Counted from the first letter of the whole stretch, positions 24,455 to 38,483 are shown. The stretch: 62,817 nucleotides of DNA, filler included, from Basidioascus undulatus (GCA_000826855.1; 12 parts of 12 records of this genome joined end to end with filler, not necessarily neighbours in it); one strand, 5' to 3'. Notes: generated by a model not told the origin, from the sequence alone. Numbers and translations are program-made.

Positions 24455-26005
24455 TGTCCTCCTTGGCGGGGGCGGGGGCGGGGGCGGGCTTGGACTCCTC
24501 CTTCGCGGCGGGCTGCTCGGAAGGCGAGGACTCGGCGGGCTTGGACTCCTCCTTCGGAGGCTCGGGCTTGGCCTCCGCCGCACCGCCTGAAGAAAGTACC
24601 GGGAGGTGGGCGTCGCGCTCGCGGGGCGCAGCGGGCCGGCGATCTTCGGGAGGCGGAGGTCCTGCGGGCGCTGGGGAGTCGTGGGATTCGGCTGGCTCTT
24701 CCGCAGCTGCGTTGGGGGGGAGATGGCAGAGCGGCTCGGGCGTTCGTTCGGGTGCGAAAAGGTCATGGAGCGCCGGCGGACGTGCCCACCGGGGGGAGCG
24801 AGCGGGCGCTGCACGGCCTCGGCCGAGGAGGGCGTCCGAGAACGAGCGTGCTGAAGGTGCGGCGGAACGGGTATCGTTTCCTCCGCTGGAGACGGGGCTG
24901 GCGATGGGCCGGGGTTGCAAACGACGAGTTGACGCGGCACAGAAGGAAATGGGATTGACGGCGGGGCGGAGGGAAAGGGCACAGGAGGGGTAGGCTGGTA
25001 GCGCTGCTGTTGCCGCGGAGGGCGCTGCTCGTGACTCGGCGGCGGCTGAGGGTGAAATTGCACGATCGCCTGCGACGCGGGCGAAAGGATACGAACCATC
25101 TTGGACGGCGAGGGCCCAAGCTCGCGCTCGCGTTCGCGCTCACGCTCATCGACGATTCGCATGGGCGCGTGCGCGGGGCGGTTCAGCCCGAGGGCGTGGA
25201 GGGCCTGCTCCGAGTCGCGGGCCGGAAGAATGTGCGAGCGCGGGGGTGGCTGATGATGCGGTGGAGGATAGGGGGTGGGCGGCTGGTTCGAGGGACGGCG
25301 GACGTGGTCGCCCGGCTGGACGGCCTTGAAAGGAGAGGGGGCGGAGGGGAAGCGTGGGCGGTGGTCGTAGGGCATGAATCCGGCCTGGGGCGGACGGATC
25401 GCCTCCTCGTCCTCCTCCCTAGGCCCCGCGCACGGCGCAGACGCCTGCGTCTGCACCGCCGGGGCGCTCGGCATCCGCCGATGGTCCAACCCGCGTGCTC
25501 CCGCTTGCGCCTGCACCATGTACCCTCCGCTGGCCTGCCTCGCAGGGGGGTAGTGCTGCTGCTGCGGCTCAGGCGAGAGCGCGATCCCCAGCGCGTCGGG
25601 GTGCTCGTTCTCGTCCGTCGGGAGGGGCTGGCCGAGGGAGGAGCCGAGGGAGAGGGCGCGGGTGTGGCGCCTGCGGACGGGGTGCTGGGGGATGGGGAAG
25701 GGCATGGCGTCGGGGGGGAGCGGGGGCTGGGAGTTGGAGCGGAAGAAGGGGTGCGATCCCGCGGCGTGCGCGTCGGACTGGTGCGTGTTGGGGAGGGAAA
25801 TGACGAGTGCGGGCGGGTCGGAGGGCGACACCCGGCCGGAGGATTTCTTTCGGCGGAGAGGCCTAGTGAATGAGGAGGACGAGGAGGAGGAGGAGCACAG
25901 CTCGTGAGCGGGAGGGGAAGGGGGAAAGGCAAGGAGGGTGAGGGGGAGAGGCAAGGGTGTTTGGAAACGCACATGTGGGGCGAATTGCCAACAGACCGTC
26001 GCCAA
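24455..26005 (-). CDS. Pro/Gln/Ser-rich low-complexity hypothetical protein, 3' end cut by linker
   Basis: Long open frame (532 aa) with coding-like composition (RRHTRALSLG, RRRSMTFSHP). The start and a possible frame switch into the KEESKPA-repeat frame near 24600 are unresolved. Confidence 0.5.
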
Positions 26006-26649
26006 GTCCGGACGCTGCAGCGTTGGAGGGTTGTCGGTCGGTCGTGCGAGGATTACGGAGAGAGCAATAAATTAGTATTAGATGTTGGAGCAGCTAGCGT
26101 ACCTCGCTAGTGCAGAGCCGAGGAGAACGGAATGGCTGCTGTTCTGCGAGATGGGAGTTGAAGAAGTGAGACTAGCACACAGAAAGCGTTCACAAAATAA
26201 TAACATGCATGACGCGCGGGTGGGTGGACAATGAATTGACAAATTAAACGCGCTCGACGCGTGCCTGGCGCCACTTGAGCTTGTCTCAGCTCACGAGAGG
26301 CCTATCGCGTCAGCTTGAGCCAGAACCGCTGCTACTGTGGTCGTCCGCTCAACCACAATTCGCGATACACGAAACGATACTTGCCGTGTCGAGTGTGGAC
26401 AAGAGCAAGAACAATGAACGATGAGCGAAAGGGTCGGCCGCTGAAAACCCTGGGCCACCCTCAGGACGGTGGTCCTTCTCAGCATGACTCGAACACCCAC
26501 CGTCTTCGAGCAAAGAGCAAAAATCCATCTCCTCATCCGCAACAACACCACCAACAGAAGCGCCAGTAGTCCCATCCTTCGCAACCCATTTCCATCGGCA
26601 GCACACCCAGCAAGCCAGAAAAACGCCCGAGCCCCTGTCACAGCTCACC

Positions 26650-27242
26650 TCACCTCAACCCCCCCCTTCCCCCTTCCCTCCCCCATCCTTCCCCCGCTCA
26701 CGCCGCCCGCGTCTTCGACCCCCTCGGCGCCGGGTCATACCAAGCCCATGCATGTCCGCGTCCACTCGGACCGGGCTGACTGGGCGGGGGGTCCGTCCAA
26801 CGCGTGTAGTCGCCCCCGCCGGTGGGCGGCGAGCCGGGCTTGAAGGCCGGGGGCGTGTAGTCGTAGGACGTTGAGGCCGAGGCGGCTTTGGGGGGCCCGT
26901 AGAGGTGCAGGTGCTCGGTTAGGACTTGGTGCGCGGCGAGGATGTTCTGCGCTTCGACAGTTGAGCGACCTCAAGACGGGAGGGCGGAAAGGAAGACGAG
27001 AAGACGCAAGCGCACCTTGAACCGCTCCGTCGCCGCCTCGCGCTCCTCCTCCTTATGCTTATCCGGGTGCTCCCTGTCCATCCCCCTACCCATCTCAGTT
27101 CTCGCGCCTCCTGGGACCCCCCTCCCTCGGATGCCGCAACGGACCTCAGCGCCAGCTTGCGGTACGCCGCCGTGACGTCGGCTGTGCCCGAGCCGTAGGG
27201 GAGCTCGAGGAGGGCGTATGCCTCCGAAAGGCTGAGATTCAT
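26650..27242 (-). CDS. Small J-domain (DnaJ type III) protein with Pro/Arg-rich tail
   Basis: MNLSLSEAYALLELPYGSGTADVTAAYRKLALR|EHPDKHKEEEREAATERFK|NILAAHQVL after two introns; HPD motif intact. The 3' end is approximate. Confidence 0.8.
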
Positions 27243-27970
27243 TCACCCCTTCCAGCACGGGCGGAGTAACTTAATGGGATACGATGGGGATGGTGGCAGG
27301 GAAGGGGAAGACGGCGATACGACTCAGGCGATTACGACTTGGCCGATTCAAGCGGGGAAACGCCGGACCGGCTGACTCAGCTGCCGCTTGGGCTTCCATC
27401 CTTCGGTTGGCGGTGAACTTCACAACCCTATCCCACCGCTCATGAACCTTGGGCGGTTATGAAGGCAAATGAAACAACCCACGAGATGTAGTATGCAATC
27501 GAAGGCACAACAGCAGAACTCATTGACTCGTCCGCTTCCCCCCTTGACCTTCGACTTTACAATGCGGGACACATCAGCCAGTGTTCATGCAACAGACGAC
27601 TTAACCCACTATATGCACTTGCTCTATATCTGTTGCCTCTTTGCATATGGGAGCATTGAGCTCAAGCGGCAGAGCCCCCCCCCCCCCGCTGTCCGCTGGT
27701 CCAGCTTTATCCCAGTTCCCGACGCCTTATTCGCGCCTTACCTTACCTTCCCTCCCTTGCACAAGCCACAGCGTCCAACCGCCCGCCGAAAGTAGCCTTA
27801 CAAAGAATACCATGCGCGTGTGGTGTCCTTCCCTCGGCCTCCTCCTCCCAGCTCAATAACTCTCCCCCTCNNNNNNNNNNNNNNNNNNNNNNNNNNNNNN
27901 NNNNNNNNNNNNNNTTAATTAATTAANNNNNNNNNNNNNNNNNNNNNNNNNNNNNNNNNNNNNNNNNNNN

Positions 27971-28892
27971 GTGAGGGTTTTGCGGGGGGATCTCTGCTGG
28001 GGTTGGAGGATGGGGGTAGGCGAGGAGCAGGGGACGTAGATGTGCGTCAAGGCTGCGAGGGAGTCGAGCGCTGCTTTGTCTTGATGCCAGAATTGGCCGA
28101 TCCCATCCTCCATATCCGGCCCGTCCGTCGCAAGTCAGTCACGTTGCAGCGCACTGTGCGCACGATGGATAGGAGTAAGACGCACGACAACGAGCAACCC
28201 GATCTCCTCCTCCCGCATCTCCTGCTCATGATACCCCTGCAGCGCAACCAGCGTTGCTGCCAGCTGCGCCGTGTTCCGGGGCCTAAACACATGCAGTCGG
28301 CGCATGGCGTCCCTAGCCAGCTCGCCCAGACTCGGACGCGGTGTCCACTTCGGCTGCGCCCCAGGCGGGGTGTCCTCATCTCCATCCTCCGCTAGCGCAG
28401 CAGCGAGGCACCGCTCGAGGTGGGTGAGGATCATGCGGTGCATGCGGGCGAGGGAGAACGAGTCCGTGCAATCGAGGAGGACGACGGACTTTCCGCGTCC
28501 GCCAGTGTGGAGCTGGACCGTCCGCGTTGGAGCGCTGGCGCCCGAGCCCAGGACGGTGCGCGTGAGGGAGAGCGGAAGCGTCGGCGGAAGGAGCGTCGTC
28601 ATGCCCATGAAGGCCGCGAGCGCGGACTTGCCCGAGCCGGAGCGGCCTTGGATCTCGAGCACGGATCCGGGCGCGAGGGGCGAGGAGGAGGAGGCGAGGT
28701 CGAGGAGGAGATCGTCGAGGGGCGTGATGTACGTCGATATTGAGGGGGACGTGTGTTGAAGCGTTGCTTGCAGGATCTGGGGTGTGAAAAAGCCCGGGAG
28801 TGAGGCGAGTGGAGCGGTTAAGAGGATGAACGCGGACGGACGTTGAGCGCGTTAAGATGCGGGATTTGAGAGAGGGCGGCGAGGGCAGCCAT
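27971..28892 (-). CDS. XRCC2: RAD51 paralog, XRCC2-like (3' partial)
   Basis: Walker A VLEIQGRSGSGKS; TLLP...GGRGKSVVLLDCTDSFSLARM; RLHVFRPRNTAQL; Walker B LLVVDGIGQFW, an arrangement typical of XRCC2. Confidence 0.75.
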
Positions 28893-29399
28893 GTTAGTGG
28901 ATTTCGGCTCAGCTGAATTATAAATAGGTGATGATGGGGATGTTGGGTGAGGAAAGAGAGATAGGGAGGCGGGTTCCCGGTGGACGCCTAAACGGCCTGA
29001 GGGCCGGCAGGCGGCAACTTTCCACCTGCAGTTGTTGCCTCCTTCCTTCACTACACAACAGCACCCTCATATATTTACTTTGCTGATGGTTTGAAAACCC
29101 TTCGTGGGACGTGGACTAGCACATTCCGACAGCGTCCCTCGTCTTCACAGGCAGGACAAACCTGCGGTGGCCCGCCGCGTTGTCAGACGCTGCTCCTCAG
29201 CATCAATTGCTGCGGTGCGCAACCATTGAATATTCGTCTGTCGCCCCATTCTCGATGAGTGATTCTAGTGGATCCAAAATATTGTAAACTCGACCTCACG
29301 TTTCTAGGGAAGTCGCATCAACGCTTGTCCTAGTCCGTCTCGCACATCTATGCGCCTTTTCTCTATGCACCGCCTGCACGCTGTCCGATCTACTCAAGC

Positions 29400-31222
29400 T
29401 CACCACATCCCTAGCACTCCTGCCAAGCCCGCCACCACAGCCCACACGCTTCCACGGCCGACCCGGACAGCGGGCAGCGCAGCACTGACGTCCGTCCTAC
29501 GCTCTCACATGCACATCAGCAACTCAACTCCCGCTCTCTTTGTGAAATAGGATAGGAAGGCGAAAACATACGTAGCGCCCGTATACGTCTTGATGCTCTT
29601 GATCTCGAAGTACGCGTTGTCGTAGTTGCTCGGTATCTTTACGAGGTCTGTGCAAGTGCCGGAGCACGTCTTGGAAAAGACGGCCGCTTCGCCGGCCCTG
29701 CACCGCCTGTCAGTTGAAATTTAAAAGGAAAGGATCAGGGGTACAGACGGACCAGGACCCGCAGAGCGTGATATCGATCACAAGTTGGTGGTCATTGAAG
29801 TACTTGTCGGGGTTGCAGCCCTTTGTAGGCCAGGATGCGACGGGGTCGCCCCAGGTTGACGGGTCGGGGGAGGACTCAAGGTCGGAGGGGATCAAGTCGC
29901 GCTGTTCGCCGTTCCATACAAGTCAGAGAAATCGCAGCCAGTGGGAGAGGAGGGAGGAAGACGCACAGGGAAGAACCACTGCTGGATCCCCTCCCCGTCC
30001 CAGAGCATCGCGAACGCCCCGCCCCCGGCATTCGCGAATCCCGCGCCGTAGCTCGTCGTGCGCGGGTCGGAGAACGCGCAGCCCTGTTCCCCCTTCGCGT
30101 TCAGCATCTTCCCACCCCCTCAAAGCGGAAAAGGCAACACCGACCTGGTTCGCGTTCACCTCGTAGTTGCAGTCCGTGGAGATGACGTTCCCCGTATAGG
30201 GCATGGAGGACGAGTTCGCCTGCTTGCACCCTGAGCGGGCGTGCAGGGCATACTGGTTGGTCGTCACGTCGTTTATGCCCTCGAAGCTGCTCTCCAACAT
30301 CCTGTCAGCCTATTGAGCAGGATGAAAGGCAGTGATGCGTACGTACATGTCGATCTCTCCCCCGCTATCCAGGTTCTTCTCGGAGTCGAGCGTCCAGAAT
30401 GCGCCCCAGACCGAGCACTGCTTCGATGAGAATGAAACGGAATGAAATTGAATGTGAGAAAGCGGCTTAGGAATGAAGGGGGGAGGAGAGGAAGACGCAC
30501 TCCGTATGGCAGATGCACTGCCTCCATGACGACCAGCGAGCCGAGCGAAATGGTTGCGGTTGAAAGAAGTTTGACGGTGTTACGTCCTTATATATTCGTG
30601 ATTGAGGAGAAGAACGACGAAGGGGGAGAGAAGGGGTGTTAGTAGGAAGAGGTGGGGACGGGATGAAAAGCAAATAAAGACGCACCGAAGGTCGAGTCGT
30701 TTGCGCCATCCTGTTGAGACAATAATGAATAGGGGGCAGAGATAGAGGAGAGATCTTGTACGTCTCCCGAAAGAATTAGAAACTTTGGAAAAGCCCGATT
30801 GGAAGGCCAACGCACAGTCGTGTTGTCCACCTGTGTCCCTCAAAAAGATGGCTCAGCTTTACCGGGTTGTCCGGGCTGGTGATATCTGAGAATCTCTCAG
30901 ACGCACCTTGATGATCGCGTTCCCTGCGGAGTTGACATATGTCAACTTCGCAGCTTCAGCAGCTGTTTGGCTGAGGTAGCTGTTCAAGATCCCATGGCAC
31001 ACCGTCCCAAGCATCAGTCAGCAGAACGAAAGTGGGACTGCAGCAGACGTACTGAACGTTTCCCTGCGTCGTATCATCGATCGCACTGGCATTGTACTTC
31101 CATCCGTCAAAGAAAGATGAGCCCTCGTAGGAAGTAGCGAGCGTCAGGTTCGCAGCGCGTGCGGAGAGGAACGTCGCAGCGAGGAGGGCGGCTGCTGAGG
31201 CGAGCGTCCGTGGGGAGAGCAT
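29400..31222 (-). CDS. GH16 beta-1,3(4)-glucanase-like protein, secreted, possibly GPI/membrane-anchored
   Basis: Signal peptide; SYEGSSFFDGW; HLPYGCSVWGAFW; catalytic GEIDx|FEG (ExDxxE split by an intron); GGGAFAMLWD; DITLCGSW; AYFEI; hydrophobic C-terminus VWAVVAGLAGVLGMW*. Confidence 0.92.
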
Positions 31223-31478
31223 GGTGGTGGTAGTGGAGAGAGATGCATAGGCTGTTGGCGCTCATATTGCTGGAGTTGGAAGTTTTGGCGGACTGATTAT
31301 AAGATCGCGCAGGCGGCCTGCGGAGCGCCATTGGGGCGGAGTCGGCTGCGCAAGCGGTTTCAACGGCAACGAGCTCATNNNNNNNNNNNNNNNNNNNNNN
31401 NNNNNNNNNNNNNNNNNNNNNNTTAATTAATTAANNNNNNNNNNNNNNNNNNNNNNNNNNNNNNNNNNNNNNNNNNNN

Positions 31479-31798
31479 CGTAGGAGGCGTAGAGCGCGGA
31501 TGGGGTCAGGGAGGAGGGGGGGGGGGGAGAGCTTAGGGGGAGTTGCGGGTATGTCAGCGTCTTGCTCGAGAGTCGATGGAGGAAGGGAAGGAAGGCAAAC
31601 CCATCGACCGCTCAGCCTTGACAAATTGGGAGATAGGGGGACACGCGCGTAGAAGCTCTGCTTGCGAAGGACGCGGCGCCGGCACTTTCCAGCGCGAGCA
31701 GCGCACGCTGGTCCTTGACCCACACGGCGATCCGGGCGGCCGCCTTGATGGCGCGGACGAGCTCGGGAGTGAGAGCGAGGAGGACGGGAGGAACCATG
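31479..31798 (-). CDS. 5' fragment of a hypothetical protein (MVPPVLLALTPELVRAIKAAAR...)
   Basis: ATG in good context, helical N-terminus, probable intron, cut by linker; no family recognised. Confidence 0.35.
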
Positions 31799-33345
31799 TT
31801 GAAGAGGGGTGTGGGTGTGGGTGCAGGGCGGAGTGGCGAAGCAAAAGTGGGATGGGGGACAACCTGTCTCCCGCCAGAAGAGCGCGCATTTATTCCCTCC
31901 CCTGTGCTACTTAGGGGCGCAGAGCGGAAGAGTGAGACATCGCCCATCCGCATCGAGGAACGAAGTGCGAGGAGTCGGGGTCGGGGCGCGCGCGGATGAG
32001 AGCGCGGTGGTGGTCAGGTATCACAACGGCACCGGCCCACGGCTCTGACGGCCACTCTTTGATTGGAAATGATACAGCATGAAAGAGACATTCGATAAGT
32101 TGTGAATATTGATGGCAGCACTCGAAAATGAGCGAGAACGGCTGCTGAATGATGGGCGAGCGGGCGCGGATTTAGGGCGGCGGGCGAGCCGTACGCGCGC
32201 CTCGGCGGTGAGCGCTTGCCCGACGATAGTGAGCTCGCTGTCTGGGTGAGAGAGTGCTCCATTCAGGCACAATGAAGTCGTCACCAGGAACTCGAGGTGA
32301 TCGGCGAGCCATCTGTGAGGATGAGCAGCAATCGAGAAGAAGCAGATGGCGAAGTGTGAGCGTGTGCTCGCGAGGTGAGGTATGATCGACAAGTGTATAG
32401 CTCGTAACAGGAGGAGGTCAGGATAATGATGAGCTACGGTTGACGCCTGATCCGGCCGCAATGGATGGAAGGGAGGCAAAGCCATCGAGGAAGACACGGA
32501 CGCGGCGAGGGATGGAGTCAGTGCGCGAGGCGACAGTCGAGGTTGAAGCCTCCCGAATGAAAGGAAGTGTAGAACGATGATGATAAGTATGCGCATCAAG
32601 GCCATCTTTTGCCTACAGCTCGATCAGTGTGCCGGAGTGATGGCGAGAACTTGTAAGACGGCGCTGATGAGGGTGCTCTCGCGTGCCTCCCGACTCCCGT
32701 GCCCATCTGGCCGGCGCCCTCCGTACTCACATGTATAGAGGATGAGGGGTGCGGGAAAGGAAAACCCATGGTGTGCGTGTGCGCGTCCGGGACTTCGCAT
32801 CTGCCAGGGATTGGCGGCACCTTGCCAAATAAGCCATAAAGCGTCTCCTCTCAGTTCACGCATGGATGATCTGCTCCTCACAATATACGTAGAAAATACT
32901 TTATTGTATGATGTCGTTCGGAAGGCATCAAGATCGAACGGCATCAATAGTTCGGGGAGTCGAATGCAGCGATACAGCGACATGGTGGCTTGCCGCTCGC
33001 CGTCATCCTGCTCAACAGTTTCGCTGAGAAGTATTGAACCGGTTCCAGTCGCAGACGCCTGCACGCTGGACCGTGATTTCGTGCACAATTTTTCCACTAA
33101 TACGACTTGATACAATGGCTGGAAGCTGTAGTGCTTACCCTTAAAGATCTTGGGCTGTTGGTGGTTGTCTCAGGGAACGGCGCCCTCAATTGACTGATAG
33201 GGGCTCGTCTTGCATGCGGCCTCCTTTCCAGAAGAGAGGAGCGGATGCGTCTTGACGCTGCTCAAATTGCATTAACAATCTTTACATCCACCATTCACCA
33301 AGCCAGCAGGCAGGCGCCTCACCGCCCATCGGCTCCTCGCTCAAC

Positions 33346-34881
33346 ATGCCGGCAGCACCGGAGGAGATGGTGCGTCGGATGCTCTGTGTCCGTGTGCTGA
33401 AGGCTCACTGAGCGTGGTGTACAGCATGCGACGACTTCCCACCCGAAGCTCAGACTCGACCTCCTGGGCCCGGCGCAGCCAGAGGTCGTCCTGGCGGGAA
33501 CCCAGGTCGAGGGCAGGCTCGAGCTCGAGTGCAAGGTGCGCAGACGCTCCTTCCAGTTGGGTTGCGGAGGTGGCCCTGATCCCGGCGCATTGTTGGTATA
33601 GGAGTCGGGCGAGAAGGGAATGATGCTCGGCGAAATCACAGTGCATTGCCATGGCGTTGAAGGCGGGTCGCCCCATCCTTATCGCGCATTCGTCAATGAC
33701 CAACTGACGAAGTGTCCCTTTCACAGAGCTCACCTCGCGCACCCACAGCGCTTCCGAAAGCGTCCTCGCACCCCTCCCAATCCTCTTCCAAGGGCGCTCC
33801 CTTCCTCCCTCCAACGCCGTCGTTCCGCACCTCCCGCCGTCCTGCAACCTGCCACCGAACTACCTCTCAGCGGACCACTTTCCGGCCCGCAAGGGACGCA
33901 CGACGTTCCCCTTCCGCTTCGCCATCCCTCCCATCTGCCCGAGCAGCGTCTCTTTCGCCGACAGCGTGGCGCACTTGCGCTACGAGCTCACCGCGCGTGT
34001 CGCGGTGCTTTGGCGCGGCGAGCGCGCCATCGTCATCGCGCGTCGCACGTTCGAAGTTGTCGAGCGATGGGACGAGGAGGACGACGACGGCGACCGCAGG
34101 GGGTCTACGGAGGGTATGGACGAGGCCAAGATCGGCGTGCTCGCCGGCAAAGAGCGCGTTTATCTCGAGGCCAAGATCCCCGAACGCCTCGTCCTGGCGG
34201 GCGGTAAGGTGGGTGTTGAAGTCGTTGTCAAGAACAACTCGTCCACGAACGTGAGTTGATCTCAGAGATCGAACGCCTGCTATCACTCTATCACTCGTGA
34301 GCTCAACTGAGAGGCGCTTGCAGCTGTCGTCGCTTCATCTCACCTTGCTCCGCCGGTTAACGATACCCGCGCACGACCTCCCCGCGCCGGCGATGCTCAT
34401 CACCGAGAACGTCTCCACCTCCCACGCCCGCGGTCAGCTTTTCGAGTTCCCCGCACACCAGACGTCGCGCTGCTGGGTCGAAATCGACGTGCCTCCGACG
34501 CTGCGCAGCGTGAGCAGTGTCGGGGGACGCAAGCGCCTCTTCCATGTCGCCGTTGCGCTGGGAATCAAGCTGGACATGGGAATATTCGGGTGCGCGTTCC
34601 CGGCCTTTCGCAGTCCATCTCCTTGCGCTGACGTTCAGCATTACCTAGGAACGAGTGCCGCGTAGAGCTGCCGCTCGAAGTCCTCCATCCGCTCTCTGTC
34701 GAGCATGTCCCCTCCCTTCGCGCTCTTCCCGTTCACCGACCGCCTGCGCTGCACGACGTCTACCACAACGTCTGGGCGACCCCCACCCCCGCGCCGGACC
34801 TCCAGCAGTACCAGCTGTGGAACGCGCCGCCCCCTACTCCCGCGCCGTCGCTTCCCCCGCCTCTCTCGCCGTACAGCCCAC
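33346..34881 (+). CDS. Arrestin-domain protein (3' partial)
   Basis: Beta-sandwich motifs VEGRLELEC, LGEITVHCHGVE, RKGRTTFPFRFAIP, LRYELTARV, GGKVGVEVVVKNNS, LHLTLLRRL, typical of fungal Arrestin_N/Arrestin_C proteins. Confidence 0.75.
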
Positions 34882-34981
34882 NNNNNNNNNNNNNNNNNNN
34901 NNNNNNNNNNNNNNNNNNNNNNNNNTTAATTAATTAANNNNNNNNNNNNNNNNNNNNNNNNNNNNNNNNNNNNNNNNNNNN

Positions 34982-37900
34982 AACCCGGCTCTTGCTTGCG
35001 CGGTCGCTGGCAGACCGACGATCGGCCGGGTGCGCTTCAATGGCGGGCCAGAGCAGGTCGTCGCGCATCGCAGCGTCGCGGATCTTGTGGTCGATCGCTT
35101 CGAGCATCTCCCTCCGCAGAGTGATAGCAGCGCCGAGGTCTACGTATCAACTCACATTCAGCTAGCGCACTTCCAGGGTCAACGTGATAGCGAACGTACC
35201 GAGCGACGTAGCGGCAAGCGTAGAGCTTGACTTGCTCATCTTCCCGAGCGATGTCTGGAAAGCGCGAATGAGAGCGAGCGCGAGGCACGCTTGGCGGAGG
35301 TCCTTGACGGACGCTCGCTGGCCGTTGAGCGCTAGGCCAGCGTGGAAGAAGTTTTCGGCCTCCTCGAGCAGGTGGACGCTGTCGAGGCGGGACTCGAGCA
35401 TCGCGGACGAGTTGCCGGTCGCCACCCCGCAGGGCATCGCGATAGCTGCGAATGGAAGAACATCAGGCACGGAGAAACAAGTCGATATACGTCGTCCTTC
35501 GGTGAGAAACTCACGAGCGTCGGAAAGCGAGCGCATGAACAGGTCCGCCTGGAAGCCGACATGCGCGTCGCGCAGCTTCATCCTACCCAGTAGCAGGTTC
35601 TCCTCAGCCTGGACATACCATTGAAATCAGCCAACCTTCACCCACGCTGGGACTACGCAAACAGCACTAGCTTACCTTGGTCTCGCTGTTGGCCGGGAAC
35701 GCAAGCAGCCTGTCGAGCAGCTTCTGTGTCTCGGAGCTCTTGTCGTCGCGGCTGAGAAGCCAGACTGTGAAAATGCGAATCAGTTTCAGTTTGCTCCGCT
35801 ACCTGCTATCGAGGGAAATGGAACGCACCTCGTTGCCGGATGAGATGCCCCAGCAACGAAGGCAGCAGCGGGTCGAGGTTGGACCTGATCTCCGTGCGGA
35901 GCGGGGACGCGACGGCGGCGTGGCCGTTCGTAAAGCGGCGAGGCCTATGGTAAGGGAGAGTCAGCTCCCCGGTAATGGGCAAGGGAAAGTGCCCTTCGTA
36001 TGGACTCACGAAGCGAGCGCGTTCTCCACGTCCCCATACGTCCGGTCCAGGCGTTCCAGCGCAAGGTAAGCAGACAGGTACCCCGCCGACGCGTCGTCTG
36101 TCGATTCAAGCTTGAGCTGCAAGTCGCTGCGGATGCGCTTGATGTTGATCCCGCCCTCCGAGTCGTCCTACCCGCGACACAACCACCTCCCAATCAGCCA
36201 CCAGGCAGGCACCCCGGCCGTCCTTCCAGCAGCCACCCTCGAACGCACTTGCCCGCCCAGCGCCTTCGCCGCGTCCTCGAGGTCCGCGCGGACCTGGTCG
36301 AGCTGGTCGAGCTTGAGGCGGAGTTCCGCCTGAGCCGCGCGCGCGCGGGCGCACATCGCGGGCGAGCCGAGCGAGGCTGCGAGCTCGGACGCCTGCGCGA
36401 GGAAGTACTCGGCCTCGCGCGGCGAGCCGCGCATGGTGTACGTCCGCGCGAGGGCGAGCTGACAAGCGAGGAGACCCTGTTCCCATCACTCGCCGTGTAA
36501 GCCATCGCGAGGTGGGCTGACGTTTGATTAAGAAAGGAGGAAGAGTGGAGGAAGGGCCTCACCTGAGCGACCCGCCACTGCAGCCCCGTCAACTGCCGGT
36601 TCTCAAACGGCGTCACGAGCGGCTGAGCAGGCTTGGGCTTATCCGGCATTTCCTCCTTCGCCTCCTCAGCCGCCTTGTCCTTCTCCTTTCCCTTCCCCTT
36701 CTCATCCTTCTTCCCAACCAGTTCCCCACCAAACGGATCCTCCTCTGCCTTCTCCTTCTCCTTCACTTCCATCCTCCTCACGCCCCTAACCAGCTCGTCC
36801 TCCTCGTCTTCCGGCGACGGCGCCAGCCGCGCGAGGTTCCGCGCCGCGCTGTTCCAGAGCCGCAGGCTTTGCGCGAGCGCACCGAGCGCGCCGGGCACGT
36901 CGTCCCGCGCGTGATAGCAGATGTGCGCGTACACGCTGCTTGCGAACGCGGAGCGCTCGCGCTGCAGCGTTAGATGGAGGCCGTACTTTGGGTCGGACCG
37001 CTGCGGCTCGGGGAGCAAGAGCGAGAGCGCATGGGCGTCGTTGTACGCAACGAGGCTGGGCAGAAGAAAACGTCAGTTCCGAGCGTTGAAGCAGAACAAT
37101 GGAGAAAGACGAACCTCTTCTCTGCGCTGCCGATCTGCGCGAGGTACTCCGCATAGCGCAGCATGAACTCGACTTTGGCGGCTACGAACCCGTCCTGCGT
37201 ACGGTCCGCGCCGACCGCGACGGCGTCCATCGCCGCGGCGGCCTGGGCAAAGACGACCCCCGCGCGCCCAGTCTTGCCCAGGCGGACGTACTCCGCCGCG
37301 AGCGCGGTCGAGGCGCGGAGGTAGTCTGCCGATCACGAACAAACAACAGAGCGTCAGGAATGTGCGGATGAGCAGAAGGGAAGAGAGGACAGGAAGAAGG
37401 GCGGGGTGGTGGGAGGGGGAAAACGCACCTTCGGAAGTCTTCCCCGACGCGCTCCGAAACCCGCCTGTGCACAGCCGCCGGAGGAGCTTGAGCAAGTCGA
37501 TGCGGAGGAACACGTGTCCGAGCACCCCGAGCAGGTCAGCGAGGACGACTGTTCCCCCATCCACGTCAACCTCTTTCTTCTTCTTCTTCTTTTCTTTCCC
37601 CCGAAAAGCAGAGCGAGACTACCGGGACGCACGGACGATGCTGTACATGCGCTCGACATCGTCGATCTTTGGCGCTGCTGCCGTGGGGGGGACCTTGGAC
37701 GACGAGCCCGCGGCGGACGCGACTACGGCAGGGGTTGTAGCCTTGCGCGAGGCAACCGTGCGCGTCGTGCGCGCTGTCGTGGTGGTACGCGCGCTCGTTG
37801 CCGTCGCAACAGACGTAGCGCGCGAGCTGGCCCTAGTCGTTCGTCCGCTGCCCGCACCCGCGGCGGCGGCGGTAATTGCGGTTCTCGTTCTGCCCGTCCT

Positions 37901-38383
37901 AACCGGCGGGGCAGGGACCTTCTCCGACCGCCCCCCCTTCTCAACGTCGCTCTTCCTCCCCCCCAGCGCGCCCGAGACGCCCATCAGCCGCTTCAGCACC
38001 TCCTTCGCCGCGCGCGCCTCGCGTAGCGCAGACGAGGAGCCTTCTAGAGGAGTGGGCGCCGCCCGGTAGTGGTGGATTGCGAGGAGGGCGTGGGAAATTA
38101 GGAGAAGGGGGGTGGGGGTCTGATGCACCACCTGTGTAAGCCGGTGTCGCAAGCATCATTTGGAGAAGGGGAGGGGAGGCGGGACGCACGGGTTGGGATT
38201 GGTTTTGAGTCAGAAGCGATTGAGCTTCGAGCGTAAGCGCCTCTGGCTCGGGGAACGGCCCCAAGCTCGGCGGGAGGGTCGGCCCCAGCACGAGCTGCTC
38301 CATCATCCTCACCAACACTGCGGCCCTCTCCTCCCCTCCCCCTCCTCCTCCTGCTGCCACCCCTCAGGGCACTGCCCCCAGAC
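34982..38383 (-). CDS. ESP1: Internal fragment of a large TPR-like helical protein, probably separase
   Basis: Multi-exon helical coding across the whole contig. Segments ALAQSLRLWN, GLQWRVAQ, RGSPREAEYFLAQA and DLFMRSL resemble the fungal separase region N-terminal to the C50 protease domain. The catalytic domain is not in the window. Confidence 0.65.
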
Positions 38384-38483
38384 NNNNNNNNNNNNNNNNN
38401 NNNNNNNNNNNNNNNNNNNNNNNNNNNTTAATTAATTAANNNNNNNNNNNNNNNNNNNNNNNNNNNNNNNNNNNNNNNNNNNN

